Shown here: piece after piece, positions 1 to 8,050 of the stretch
How the letters are laid out: every line of letters starts with the position of its first letter
Position numbering within the stretch: position 1 is the stretch's first letter
NCBI GenBank assembly: GCA_031548165.1
Contig: JAVBRI010000008.1
Location: 41,084 to 65,083 of the forward strand
Source of the DNA: Lachnospiraceae bacterium
Lineage (GTDB): Bacteria > Bacillota > Clostridia > Lachnospirales > Lachnospiraceae
Direction of reading: 5' to 3'
Length of the DNA stretch: 24,000 nt
Translations under genes and position numbers: made by a program
The notes under the pieces: generated by a model
Database searches by the model: none
What the model was told of the DNA's origin: nothing
The model's input: only the letters and a program-made list of their open reading frames with translations

Positions 1-961
1 ATAGTCTTGCCGTTTTATCCTCTGCTTTTATAGAAAAGAAAATGATAATTATTAGTAAAAATATTAATGGTGCAAAAAATATTGCATTCAAGATATATAA
101 ATTAGTATTTGAGCTATTAAGTCCTAAAATTTCTGAAGTAGGAATAATAAAGGTAGCAAGTATAAATATACATTGTAAAAAATATATAAGACGAATATTC
201 TTTATTTTAGAAAATGAATATCCATTATATTGTTTAAGGATTAACTTGTTACGTAGTGCATAATAAATACAAGCGATAATAGCAACTGTTAAGAGAACCA
301 TATAAGGTAGAAGTAATGAATATGATTCTAAATCAATTACACTATTTGTAAAAACATTATCTCTTGCAAAAATAAATGGCAATGATAAAGTGAAAGCAAC
401 AGTATTCACTGATAAAATGATAAAAAAGTATTTATAGATATTAACTCTTTGTAATTTAAAAATATCCTTATTTTCTTCAGTAAATTCTTCGGAATTTAAC
501 ATTAAGTTTGATTTATTTACTTGTATAACAGAAATAATAATACTTGAAATGATAGTAATTAAGTTTATTCCAAATCCTAATACAGGTAAATAAAAGGCAT
601 ATGATATAGAGTATAGAAGAACTATGCCTACTATAGTAATAAGTAATGAAATATAAAATATATTTTTAAACTTTGTTTCAATGCTGTCTGCGAGCCACTT
701 TAGCTGTTTATCAGCCCTATTAGCCTTAGTGGACGGCATTTCTGATTTTATTATGCGTTCACCAAGTAAAATTTCATCACAAGTTGTTCCAAAAAGTTCT
801 GCTATAGCTGGAATTAATGCAATATCAGGATAACTTTCATCTCTTTCCCATTTACTTACAGTCTTATTTGATACATTTAGTTTGTCAGCAACCTCTTGCT
901 GAGTTAATCCATTGGATTTTCTTAAAACAGCTATGAAACTTCCAATTGTTTTCTTTTCCAT
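1..961 (-). CDS. XRE-family HTH protein with multi-pass membrane C-terminal region; partial, 3' end runs off the window start
   Basis: Absent from the ORF track because it has no stop inside the window. My reverse-complement read from ATG (961..959; AGAGG RBS 8 nt upstream) gives MEKKTIGSFIAVLRKSNGLTQQEVADKLNVSNKTVSKWERDESYPDIALIPAIAELFGTTCDEILLGER..., a canonical Cro/C1-type HTH. Long hydrophobic stretches follow, and the frame stays open to position 1. Confidence 0.7.
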   Translation of the reverse strand, partial: MEKKTIGSFIAVLRKSNGLTQQEVADKLNVSNKTVSKWERDESYPDIALIPAIAELFGTTCDEILLGERIIKSEMPSTKANRADKQLKWLADSIETKFKNIFYISLLITIVGIVLLYSISYAFYLPVLGFGINLITIISSIIISVIQVNKSNLMLNSEEFTEENKDIFKLQRVNIYKYFFIILSVNTVAFTLSLPFIFARDNVFTNSVIDLESYSLLLPYMVLLTVAIIACIYYALRNKLILKQYNGYSFSKIKNIRLIYFLQCIFILATFIIPTSEILGLNSSNTNLYILNAIFFAPLIFLLIIIIFFSIKAEDKTARL

Positions 962-1034
962 TGTAATACCTCTTTCTATGTTATTTTGTTTGATTTCATT
1001 CTACGAAGTATGGATAGAAAAAGCTACCTACAGG

Positions 1035-1053
1035 TCGGAGATTTTGTCTCCGA
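1035..1053. promoter_or_regulatory. Perfect 7-5-7 palindrome tcggaga-ttttg-tctccga; candidate operator in a divergent intergenic region
   Basis: Read directly from the sequence. It lies between divergent starts at 961 (-) and 1165 (+). No other support. Confidence 0.25.
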
Positions 1054-1164
1054 TTTGGAGAATTGTGATTTTTCAATCTATTATAACACATAAAAATCAG
1101 AAATAAAATTGATTAATAAATGGAAAGATTATGGTTAACATAAGATTAAAAAGGGAGGTTTGAA

Positions 1165-1722
1165 ATGATAGAGCAATATTTAATAAAGTATTGTGCACCA
1201 ACATTAGCATCAATAAAAACAGCAAGCTTATTTAGTATTGCATATGAAACCGAAGCGCAACTTGATTCATATATAGAAGAATATAATAAAGATTTTAAAA
1301 GAAAAGGTATAAAAATCGTAGCTTTAAAGAAAAGGGGAAGAGCACTAATTTATGTTTATCGAATAAAAAAATTGGAAAAAGATTTGAGCAAAAAGCATAT
1401 TATTGAATTTTTGAAGCAATTGAATTATAGCTTTAACAATGTAGAAGAAGCAATAGAATGTCTAAAAAATCGTATTTCTACATCAGAAAAATTTCCACAC
1501 GAAATAGGTTTGTTTTTAGGATATCCATATGAGGATGTAGTTGGGTTTATAGAGAATAAGGGGAAGAATAGTAAGTGTACAGGGGAGTGGAAAGTTTATT
1601 TTGACGAAAAGGAGGCTATAAAAAAATTTAAGAAGTATGAAAGATGTAAACAAATTTATTGGGAGTTTTGGTGTAATGGTAGAAGTGTATTGCAACTAAC
1701 TGTAGCTGAAAATTACAGCTAA
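1165..1722 (+). CDS. DUF3793-family protein (function unknown)
   Basis: Family-typical blocks CAPTLASIKTASLF, FPHEIGLFLGYPYEDVVGFI and GEWKVY. GGGAGG RBS 6 nt upstream of the ATG. Confidence 0.75.
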   Translation: MIEQYLIKYCAPTLASIKTASLFSIAYETEAQLDSYIEEYNKDFKRKGIKIVALKKRGRALIYVYRIKKLEKDLSKKHIIEFLKQLNYSFNNVEEAIECLKNRISTSEKFPHEIGLFLGYPYEDVVGFIENKGKNSKCTGEWKVYFDEKEAIKKFKKYERCKQIYWEFWCNGRSVLQLTVAENYS

Positions 1723-1757
1723 AAAACCTTGCAGAAAAAATCAACATCTGCAAGGTT
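1721..1757. terminator. Hairpin terminator between convergent genes; T-tract only on the minus strand
   Basis: Perfect 10-bp stem aaccttgcag (1725..1734) / ctgcaaggtt (1748..1757) with a 13-nt loop. The A-run at 1721..1726 gives a U-tract for the minus-strand MerR transcript. There is no U-tract for the plus strand. Confidence 0.6.
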
Positions 1758-1771
1758 AGTATAAACAATTT

Positions 1772-2719
1772 TTATTTTACAACAATAGGAATGAAAAAAT
1801 CTGTTAAGTGATATCCCATCTTTTCTTTGAATATTTTGGGAGTACAAACATGAGTAAGAGTGTACCTAGTATAAGAGTCATTATTTTTATTAGATTCCTC
1901 AAAACAACCACTATCTTTAATCCACTTTTTAATAGATGCTTTTGTATTATCCATATCTACACCATCACCATCTTTAGCAGAACAAACAGCATATAGTCCG
2001 CCAGGGAAATCAATTACTTTATATCTGCTCGTATTTATGTAGTTTTCAGGTGGAGCAAATAGCCACATCATGCAATCATTTTCTTCGTCAAAGTACATAA
2101 AGTCTCTTGGAGTAATAAAATTTTTTACATCAATCCCATTTATAAATCTATCAAACTCTTCAAACTCCTTCATATCTTTTATTGGTTCTGAGGTTATCAT
2201 TTGCATAGCAGGAAAGTTGATAACCCTAATATCAGAACCTTTATTTAATTTTTCAGTTACCTCTAGTAATCTGTTTACATTTGAGCTGTTTCCATTATAA
2301 TCTACATTTACAATTTGTTGCTCTATATCCTTTGCTTTTTCATAAAGTAATTTAACATCATTTTCTTTATGAAAATCAAAGTCTTTAATCTGCTTTACAA
2401 AATCAAGTACAATTGTTTTTAGCTCGTGAAGTAATGCAACTTCATCATCAATATCGACCACTTTCTGATTAAGAACTTCAAGAACAACGTCTGAATTCTC
2501 GGATTGAAAAATCCTTTTTATATCTTTAATCTTAATATTTAGTTTTCTTAAAATAAGTATTTGTTCTAGACGCTTGATAGCAGTTTCGTCGTATAGTCTG
2601 TAAGCATAATCATCACTTTTAGTGCTTGTAAGAAGCCCCATTTCTTCATAATAAGTTAAAGCTCTTGATGATATATCATATTTTAATGATACCTCACGGA
2701 TTTTAATAAGTTCGTTCAT
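1772..2719 (-). CDS. MerR-family transcriptional regulator with C-terminal GyrI-like/effector-binding domain
   Basis: The N-terminus IREVSLKYDISSRALTYYEEMGLL is the MerR HTH signature, followed by a coiled-coil linker. The C-terminal GGLYAVCSAKDGD...IKKWIKDSG resembles GyrI-like effector domains. Confidence 0.8.
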   Translation of the reverse strand: MNELIKIREVSLKYDISSRALTYYEEMGLLTSTKSDDYAYRLYDETAIKRLEQILILRKLNIKIKDIKRIFQSENSDVVLEVLNQKVVDIDDEVALLHELKTIVLDFVKQIKDFDFHKENDVKLLYEKAKDIEQQIVNVDYNGNSSNVNRLLEVTEKLNKGSDIRVINFPAMQMITSEPIKDMKEFEEFDRFINGIDVKNFITPRDFMYFDEENDCMMWLFAPPENYINTSRYKVIDFPGGLYAVCSAKDGDGVDMDNTKASIKKWIKDSGCFEESNKNNDSYTRYTLTHVCTPKIFKEKMGYHLTDFFIPIVVK

Positions 2720-2751
2720 TTTTCTTGTTCCTTTCGTGATTTGATAAGATT

Positions 2752-2782
2752 ATGATACAGTACTACGCAACGTAGTAGTCAA
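2752..2782 (-). promoter_or_regulatory. MerR-type promoter: TTGACT, 19-nt spacer carrying the dyad tactacg-caa-cgtagta, then TATCAT
   Basis: Minus-strand read: -35 TTGACT (2782..2777), 19-nt spacer (2776..2758), -10 TATCAT (2757..2752). A perfect 7-3-7 palindrome at 2761..2777 sits in the spacer and overlaps the -35 by 1 nt. It lies 33 nt upstream of the MerR ATG. Confidence 0.55.
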
Positions 2783-2797
2783 GAACTATCTGATTAT

Positions 2798-3940
2798 TTA
2801 TAATAATAAACTCCAAAACTCTTTAAGTAAAGATAATTCAAGCTCTCTTGATTCATTTAATATATTTATAATTTCTAAATGTGTATTATCAGAAGAATTA
2901 TTTGTTTTATTGAATATCGCAATAATATCTCTGGCATTTTCACATATTTTATTATATCCATCAATTAATCTTGAAACAATATCTTTCTCAAAATCATCAA
3001 TTTCATAAATATATTGTTCTAAGAATTCGCATAAACGCAATTTACTTTCATAATAGATAAAGATATAGGGAAAAAGGGTGTCTAAATCTTTTAAGTGTTT
3101 TTGGTTTGAGAGCATACTATAGCCTGTTTTTAATGCATTTAGGCAAGCTTGATGTAAGTTTAATTTACTTGAAGTAGTTTTTATAATAATTAAATCAACT
3201 TCATTGTTAAACCAATCTGGATATTTATTTAATTTTGTAAAATCGAAAGAAGAATTCTTCTTATCATCACCATCAATAAAGCCTAAACCTCTTAATATTT
3301 TTCCTTCAGAATTAAAACCAGTAGCTAATATAAGTTCAGAATATTCTTTAGGTTCAATGATAACAGGAAAACCATTTTTAATGTTATCTGTTGCTAAGGA
3401 TATAAATTCATTTATAGAATAATCAGCCTTTTTATGGCGTTCATAATCTAAACCATATATAAAAAAACAATCTTTTGAAAGTTCATCAGGTGTATATGAG
3501 TAACCGAAGGCTTGAGTGGATATTACAGATTGCAATGTATATTCTTTATCATCATTAATTTGTCTGTTCATATTATTTAGTCTTGTTTCCAATCCCATAA
3601 ATAATTTCAAAGCAGCAAATAGTGAAGGATAAGCCATACTGTGAGGCCAACTAGAACCTGTATATTTTCCAACTGGCTTATAAGGCATTAATGTAATTTC
3701 GAAATTTTCACTTTTCTTTTTTACAGGAAAATCTCTTGATAATAAAATATAGTCAATAGAACAATCCAGTAATTCAGAAAGCGTTGGCAATAGTATTGTT
3801 TCTGGTAATGTATGCCCATTTTCCCATTTGCTTATGGCTTGAGGACTGACACCAAGCTTTTGGGCTAAATATTCTTGCGTAAAGCCTTTTTCTTTTCGTA
3901 GGAAGGCTATTTGTTTACCAACCTTAATATTATCAAACAT
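2798..3940 (-). CDS. XRE HTH fused to an uncharacterised ~300-aa domain; paralog of 4101..5279
   Basis: The N-terminus KQIAFLRKEKGFTQEYLAQKLGVSPQAISKWENGHTLP is a Cro/C1 HTH. The remainder aligns by eye in six blocks with the neighbouring 392-aa protein. AAGGAGA RBS. Confidence 0.75.
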   Translation of the reverse strand: MFDNIKVGKQIAFLRKEKGFTQEYLAQKLGVSPQAISKWENGHTLPETILLPTLSELLDCSIDYILLSRDFPVKKKSENFEITLMPYKPVGKYTGSSWPHSMAYPSLFAALKLFMGLETRLNNMNRQINDDKEYTLQSVISTQAFGYSYTPDELSKDCFFIYGLDYERHKKADYSINEFISLATDNIKNGFPVIIEPKEYSELILATGFNSEGKILRGLGFIDGDDKKNSSFDFTKLNKYPDWFNNEVDLIIIKTTSSKLNLHQACLNALKTGYSMLSNQKHLKDLDTLFPYIFIYYESKLRLCEFLEQYIYEIDDFEKDIVSRLIDGYNKICENARDIIAIFNKTNNSSDNTHLEIINILNESRELELSLLKEFWSLLL

Positions 3941-4049
3941 AATTTATCTCCTTTACAATTCTTTTCTTAATTATAATATTTGATATTCTATTTTTCTATT
4001 CTATTTGGGTTGTATTTTAGATAGGAAAATCAACTTACAGTTAAGTTTA

Positions 4050-4083
4050 TATAAAGCAAAACCGTCAACATAATCGACGGTTC
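4050..4083 (-). terminator. Candidate rho-independent terminator of the 392-aa gene
   Basis: 7-bp stem aaccgtc (4060..4066) / gacggtt (4076..4082) with a 9-nt loop. On the minus strand it is followed by TTGCTTTATAT. Confidence 0.45.
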
Positions 4084-4100
4084 TGCAATAGAGTTAAAAA

Positions 4101-5279
4101 TTAATCTTTTAACTGTATAGTATTTTCATTTACCCATTCAGCACGTTCTTTTTTTACAAGACCTTTTGCACGACGAAGGTAAGTGGAATTTTTAACAATA
4201 CTGTTTTTATCAATAACAGTAATAACACGAGTATCTCTAGGAGCATATAAACTATCTAAAACACTTTTAATATTATCAGCAGCTTTCTTATCAAGCGTTT
4301 TACAATACTTAGCAATTTCAACTATGGTATCTCTTGTTGAACGAGCTAGTGGTTTAGTCTTACTATGACCATTAACAAGATTGTGAATTTTCCACATATT
4401 GTTATGTATTTCATCAAAAGCATCAGAAGCATCTTTTAGAAAAATGGAATATTCTTCAGCTTCCTTGAAGAAATATATTGTATATGCTCTGCGTTCAGCC
4501 ATATCAAACTTTTCAGGTGAAATATATTTTAAAATGTTAGATTTATAAATACGATCATTATTAAGACGAGAAATCCATTTATCCCACATGTATTCACCGT
4601 ATCCATATTCACCATAAGTTTCATTTGTTTCTGTTAGCATTTCATATGCAATCTTTAAAGTTCGTAAAATAACATCTTTTCTATCAAGAGGTTCGCATAT
4701 TCCATCTATAAATATAACAGCATAAAAACTATCAACCCAATCATGATAAGGTGTGCTGTTAGCACTGATCATAATGCCAGTATGACCATCATGTGTTAAT
4801 AAAGTATCTCCATTGTCCTCATATCCTACAACTAATTTAAGGGGAGAGTAGTTACCACCTTTTTTTCTAATCAGAATGACAGGTAAATCAGATGCTAAGT
4901 GAAGTAATATTTCATCCCTTATAGTATCAGAATTAAGAACTTCATCTTTTATGGCGACACTGTCATCAGCAACTAATCGGAAATTAATTCCTTCTGACAA
5001 AAAGCAATCTTCTAGTGGCTGGGAATTCCATTTACCAAGCATTAAGGATTCTCTCTCATAATGTTGAAAAAGTCCAAAGCCTTCAGTAGATACCGCCATT
5101 TGAAAAAAGTAATCGTAATCATTCATATAACCGTTATATTCAGATACTCTTGATTCAAGTCCTAAAAAAGTTTTAAGAGCACTCATCATAGCAGGAAATG
5201 CCATATTATGAGGGCAATGATTAGCAGGCTGCCTTACTCCGCGTTCAGTAAGCATAAAGCTTTCTGGTATATTATTCAT
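4101..5279 (-). CDS. Uncharacterised protein; standalone paralog of the C-terminal domain of 2798..3940
   Basis: GGAGG RBS. Shared blocks include HCPHNMAFPAMMSALKTFLGLESR versus SWPHSMAYPSLFAALKLFMGLETR. A weak by-eye resemblance to BtrH-N/C39-like papain-fold proteins is unverified. Confidence 0.7.
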   Translation of the reverse strand: MNNIPESFMLTERGVRQPANHCPHNMAFPAMMSALKTFLGLESRVSEYNGYMNDYDYFFQMAVSTEGFGLFQHYERESLMLGKWNSQPLEDCFLSEGINFRLVADDSVAIKDEVLNSDTIRDEILLHLASDLPVILIRKKGGNYSPLKLVVGYEDNGDTLLTHDGHTGIMISANSTPYHDWVDSFYAVIFIDGICEPLDRKDVILRTLKIAYEMLTETNETYGEYGYGEYMWDKWISRLNNDRIYKSNILKYISPEKFDMAERRAYTIYFFKEAEEYSIFLKDASDAFDEIHNNMWKIHNLVNGHSKTKPLARSTRDTIVEIAKYCKTLDKKAADNIKSVLDSLYAPRDTRVITVIDKNSIVKNSTYLRRAKGLVKKERAEWVNENTIQLKD

Positions 5280-5300
5280 TGTAATTCCTCCGTTAGATTA

Positions 5301-5342
5301 AACGGCAAGACACATTTTAATAGAAACCCTGTGTCTGCCGTT
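5301..5342 (-). terminator. Long-loop hairpin between the kinase-family gene and the 392-aa gene; weak terminator or leader structure
   Basis: Arms aacggcaagacac (5301..5313) and gtgtctgccgtt (5331..5342) form 12 bp with one bulge and a 17-nt loop. On the minus strand it is followed by TTTAATCT, then the RBS. Confidence 0.3.
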
Positions 5343-5474
5343 ATATATACGACAAAGACACTTGAGTCTTTGCATTAAGTCAATTATTAAAATACATACT
5401 CTGTTTGTTTTGATGGGTGCCGTCCCCACAAATGTATATAATAATTATATCTACAAAATGAGAAAAGTCAACTT

Positions 5475-6299
5475 TTATTGTGTAAGTGCAATTCTTGTGC
5501 ATGGTATAACACCTGAAATTAAATCAGATACTCTATGCCTTGAATGTCCGATAATTACAGTAGTACCACATCTTGCGGCTGGAATAATATACTCGAGTTT
5601 TGCTCTAGCGCCTTGTGCACCTGCACGACTTGCACCTACGCATGATTCTTGTAATGCACGAATATTTTCTTCAAGTTCATCGGCAGTAGTACCACTAACA
5701 GATTCAACTAATGTGCTAGGATTTGTTGCATCACGATATATTCCTTCCGCTGAAGTTAAGATAACAAGTGTGTTAGCACCAACTAAATCCGCAATGACAG
5801 CAGCAGTTTCATCATTATCGATACATTCAACTACAGTATCTGTATTTTCACGTAATACAGAAAGTTCTAATTTACGGTTTTCTTCAGCAGAAACAGGGTC
5901 ATTATAGTTTATAATAGATACTGCGCCTTGCTTCGCAGAGCGAAGTAATAATTGTCTTATATGCTCACGTTTAGAAGGGTCATTAAAATGAGTATGTTCA
6001 ACTAAAACTTGTCGAAGAGAGTATTCAGGTCTTATAAATTCTCTATATTGCGACATGAGTATGGCTTGTCCCTGTGCAGCATAATCACTAAGAATATCTT
6101 CTTTTTCACCCTTTAGTTCATTGCCTGTACGTTTAATATAGTCTAAATGACCAATTTCAGTTGCTCCAGAACTGATTAACGCAACACCAGGTTTAAGTTC
6201 AGAGCTTAAGCGAGAGAGTATATTGTAGTCAATATCATTATCTTCTTTACGAATGAGTGCCATTGAGCCAATTTTTATAACGAGGTCTAGTTTATCCAT
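5475..6299 (-). CDS. Amino-acid-kinase (AAK) family protein; glutamate-5-kinase-like, no PUA domain, divergent
   Basis: VIKIGSMAL, ISSGATEIG and DNDETAAVIADL...ILTSAEGIY match AAK/ProB-type blocks. The usual GxGGMxTK loop reads SRAGAQGARAK instead. Confidence 0.7.
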   Translation of the reverse strand: MDKLDLVIKIGSMALIRKEDNDIDYNILSRLSSELKPGVALISSGATEIGHLDYIKRTGNELKGEKEDILSDYAAQGQAILMSQYREFIRPEYSLRQVLVEHTHFNDPSKREHIRQLLLRSAKQGAVSIINYNDPVSAEENRKLELSVLRENTDTVVECIDNDETAAVIADLVGANTLVILTSAEGIYRDATNPSTLVESVSGTTADELEENIRALQESCVGASRAGAQGARAKLEYIIPAARCGTTVIIGHSRHRVSDLISGVIPCTRIALTQ

Positions 6300-6446
6300 G
6301 TAGACACGTCCTTTCCTTTGTTAAATTATTATAATTATATTTGTATTAATAAAAAAGTCAACTGTTTTTAATGACATTTGTTTTTGATTTATATATTGAT
6401 TTTTATATGATAAAATAAAAATATTATTTTTAAGGAGATATAAACA

Positions 6447-7268
6447 ATGGAATTTAAAAATTATGAAACTCTTTCTGCATCAGTTAAAGAGCAAATAAAT
6501 AAAATGGCTAACATATGGGTTGACAGTTTAGGAGATTCATTAATAGGAATATATTTACATGGTTCAATTGCATTAAATTGTTTTGTAGAGGGAAGTAGTG
6601 ATATAGATATTCTTATTGTAAGCGATAGAAAAATATCACGTGATGAAAGACTGGCTATTGCTAAAAGAATAATTGAAATAGATTATAAGCCATCACCGCT
6701 TGAAATGTCTGCAATTTGGATAAATGATTTAAAACCGTGGAAATATCCAACTCCTTGCCAGTTTCATTATAGTGATTATTGGACTGAAAAATATAATAAG
6801 ATGCTAAGTGGTGAAATAAAAGAAAGTTTTATAATTGATGAAGATTTTACAGATGAAGATATAGCATGTCATGTTAACTTAATAAACCAAAGTGGTATCT
6901 GTATATATGGAAAAGAGGTAAAAGATGTTTTTCCTTTGGTTCCTGAAAAAGATTTTTGGAATTCTATATCTTCTGATATAGAAATGGATTTTAATGCACT
7001 AAATCCTAGATATTTTGTTAGTAATATACTTTCTTTAGGCCGAGTTTTATCATATAAGTATGAAAAGAAAATTCTATCAAAATATGATGCTGGAATATGG
7101 ACATTAAACCATGTACCAGAAAGATTTAAATATATTATCGATAATTCTATTAAATCATGGTATTTAGACGAAGGCGATATTGATTTTAAGGAAGAAGATC
7201 TGAATGATTTAAAAGAATTATTGATAAATGAAATACAATCAAATCTCTTCCCAAAAGATATCATTTAA
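6447..7268 (+). CDS. Nucleotidyltransferase of the aminoglycoside adenylyltransferase family (ANT(9)/AadA-like, NTP-transferase plus DUF4111-like C-terminus)
   Basis: GIYLHGSIALNCFVEGSSDIDILIV is a G-S...D-x-D nucleotidyltransferase motif. PLEMSAIWINDLKPWKYPTPCQFHY parallels the recalled ANT(9)/AadA block PLEVTV...PWQYPP. AGGAGA RBS. Confidence 0.7.
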   Translation: MEFKNYETLSASVKEQINKMANIWVDSLGDSLIGIYLHGSIALNCFVEGSSDIDILIVSDRKISRDERLAIAKRIIEIDYKPSPLEMSAIWINDLKPWKYPTPCQFHYSDYWTEKYNKMLSGEIKESFIIDEDFTDEDIACHVNLINQSGICIYGKEVKDVFPLVPEKDFWNSISSDIEMDFNALNPRYFVSNILSLGRVLSYKYEKKILSKYDAGIWTLNHVPERFKYIIDNSIKSWYLDEGDIDFKEEDLNDLKELLINEIQSNLFPKDII

Positions 7269-7436
7269 GGTTTTGCCTAAAACATTACAAATAGCAATAC
7301 AAAGGTTAATAGTAGGGTTATAATCACCTTTTTCGATAGCATTAATAGTCTGTCTTGATACTCCAACTAAGTCTGCTAGTTGTTGCTGTGATAAGTCTTT
7401 AGCGGCTCTTGCTGATTTTAATTTTAAATTTTTCAT
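7239..7436 (-). CDS. Small (65 aa) XRE-family HTH transcriptional regulator
   Basis: LSQQQLADLVGVSRQTINAIEKGDYNPTINLCIAICNVLGKTLNDIFW is a typical mini-XRE. Its ATG lies 1 nt after the stop of the upstream membrane-protein gene. Confidence 0.8.
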   Translation of the reverse strand: MKNLKLKSARAAKDLSQQQLADLVGVSRQTINAIEKGDYNPTINLCIAICNVLGKTLNDIFWEEI

Positions 7437-7437
7437 A

Positions 7438-7971
7438 CTAATCTTCCTCTGACTTAGTAGAAATCTTTTTAATAACTAAAGCAACAAAGATAACTGCTGT
7501 AAAGAGAAAACAAGGAAGACTTACGCTTTTGTAAGTTAATATACCATCTGATATAAATAATCCATGTTTATAAGCGCTATAAGATGAAAAACCATTTGAC
7601 AATGATATAAGTCCAAATACAAGGATCATCATGTTGATATTATCATTGATTGCAAGGTATGCGTCTTTCCAAATGCAATATACAGCAAAAACACAAACGG
7701 AAATAGCAATACCAAAAACTCCTGATACTAAAGGGTCAGCTAAAGTTTTATCTATAAAAATTGAAAAGCAGCCATATAAAGCATTATAGGCTAAAAGAGT
7801 ATAGAAACCATATGCATATCCTTTACCCTGTATGATTTTTTGTCGTTCATCATATTTATCTATTTTTGTGTTAGAATTTACTTTTTTTTTAATTAAACTA
7901 ATTAGTAAAGTTAATAATATAAAAGTGGCTATAAATATAATAAGTGGAATCATGTTATTTTCTGAGTTCAT
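7438..7971 (-). CDS. Uncharacterised multi-pass membrane protein, translationally coupled to the mini-XRE
   Basis: Several hydrophobic helices. I prefer the ATG at 7971 (AAGGAGA RBS 10 nt upstream) over the track start at 8019, because the predicted -10 (8010..8015) lies downstream of 8019. Confidence 0.65.
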   Translation of the reverse strand: MNSENNMIPLIIFIATFILLTLLISLIKKKVNSNTKIDKYDERQKIIQGKGYAYGFYTLLAYNALYGCFSIFIDKTLADPLVSGVFGIAISVCVFAVYCIWKDAYLAINDNINMMILVFGLISLSNGFSSYSAYKHGLFISDGILTYKSVSLPCFLFTAVIFVALVIKKISTKSEED

Positions 7972-8009
7972 TTTTAATGTATCTCCTTTGATATTTATTT
8001 TATAAATTA

Positions 8010-8038
8010 ATAATATCATTTAGCTTACAAAATGTCAA
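8010..8038 (-). promoter_or_regulatory. Sigma-A-type promoter TTGACA-17-TATTAT for the membrane-protein/mini-XRE pair
   Basis: Minus-strand read: TTGACA (8038..8033), 17-nt spacer, TATTAT (8015..8010). Confidence 0.5.
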
Positions 8039-8050
8039 ATATAATTTACA

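Noticed and set aside
42-1106. Track ORFs 42..263 (+) and 912..1106 (+)
   Set aside because: 42..263 lies antisense inside the open minus-strand XRE/membrane gene (1..961). 912..1106 overlaps that gene's 5' end and otherwise sits in the divergent intergenic region. Both have a low-complexity Ile/Lys/Phe composition typical of AT-rich shadow frames, with no RBS.
5362-5907. 181-aa plus-strand ORF
   Set aside because: It lies mostly antisense to the well-supported AAK-family gene (5475..6299). Its Ser/Ala/Thr-rich shadow translation has no motif.
6869-7264. 131-aa minus-strand ORF
   Set aside because: It is antisense within the ANT-like gene, with no RBS and no recognisable domain.
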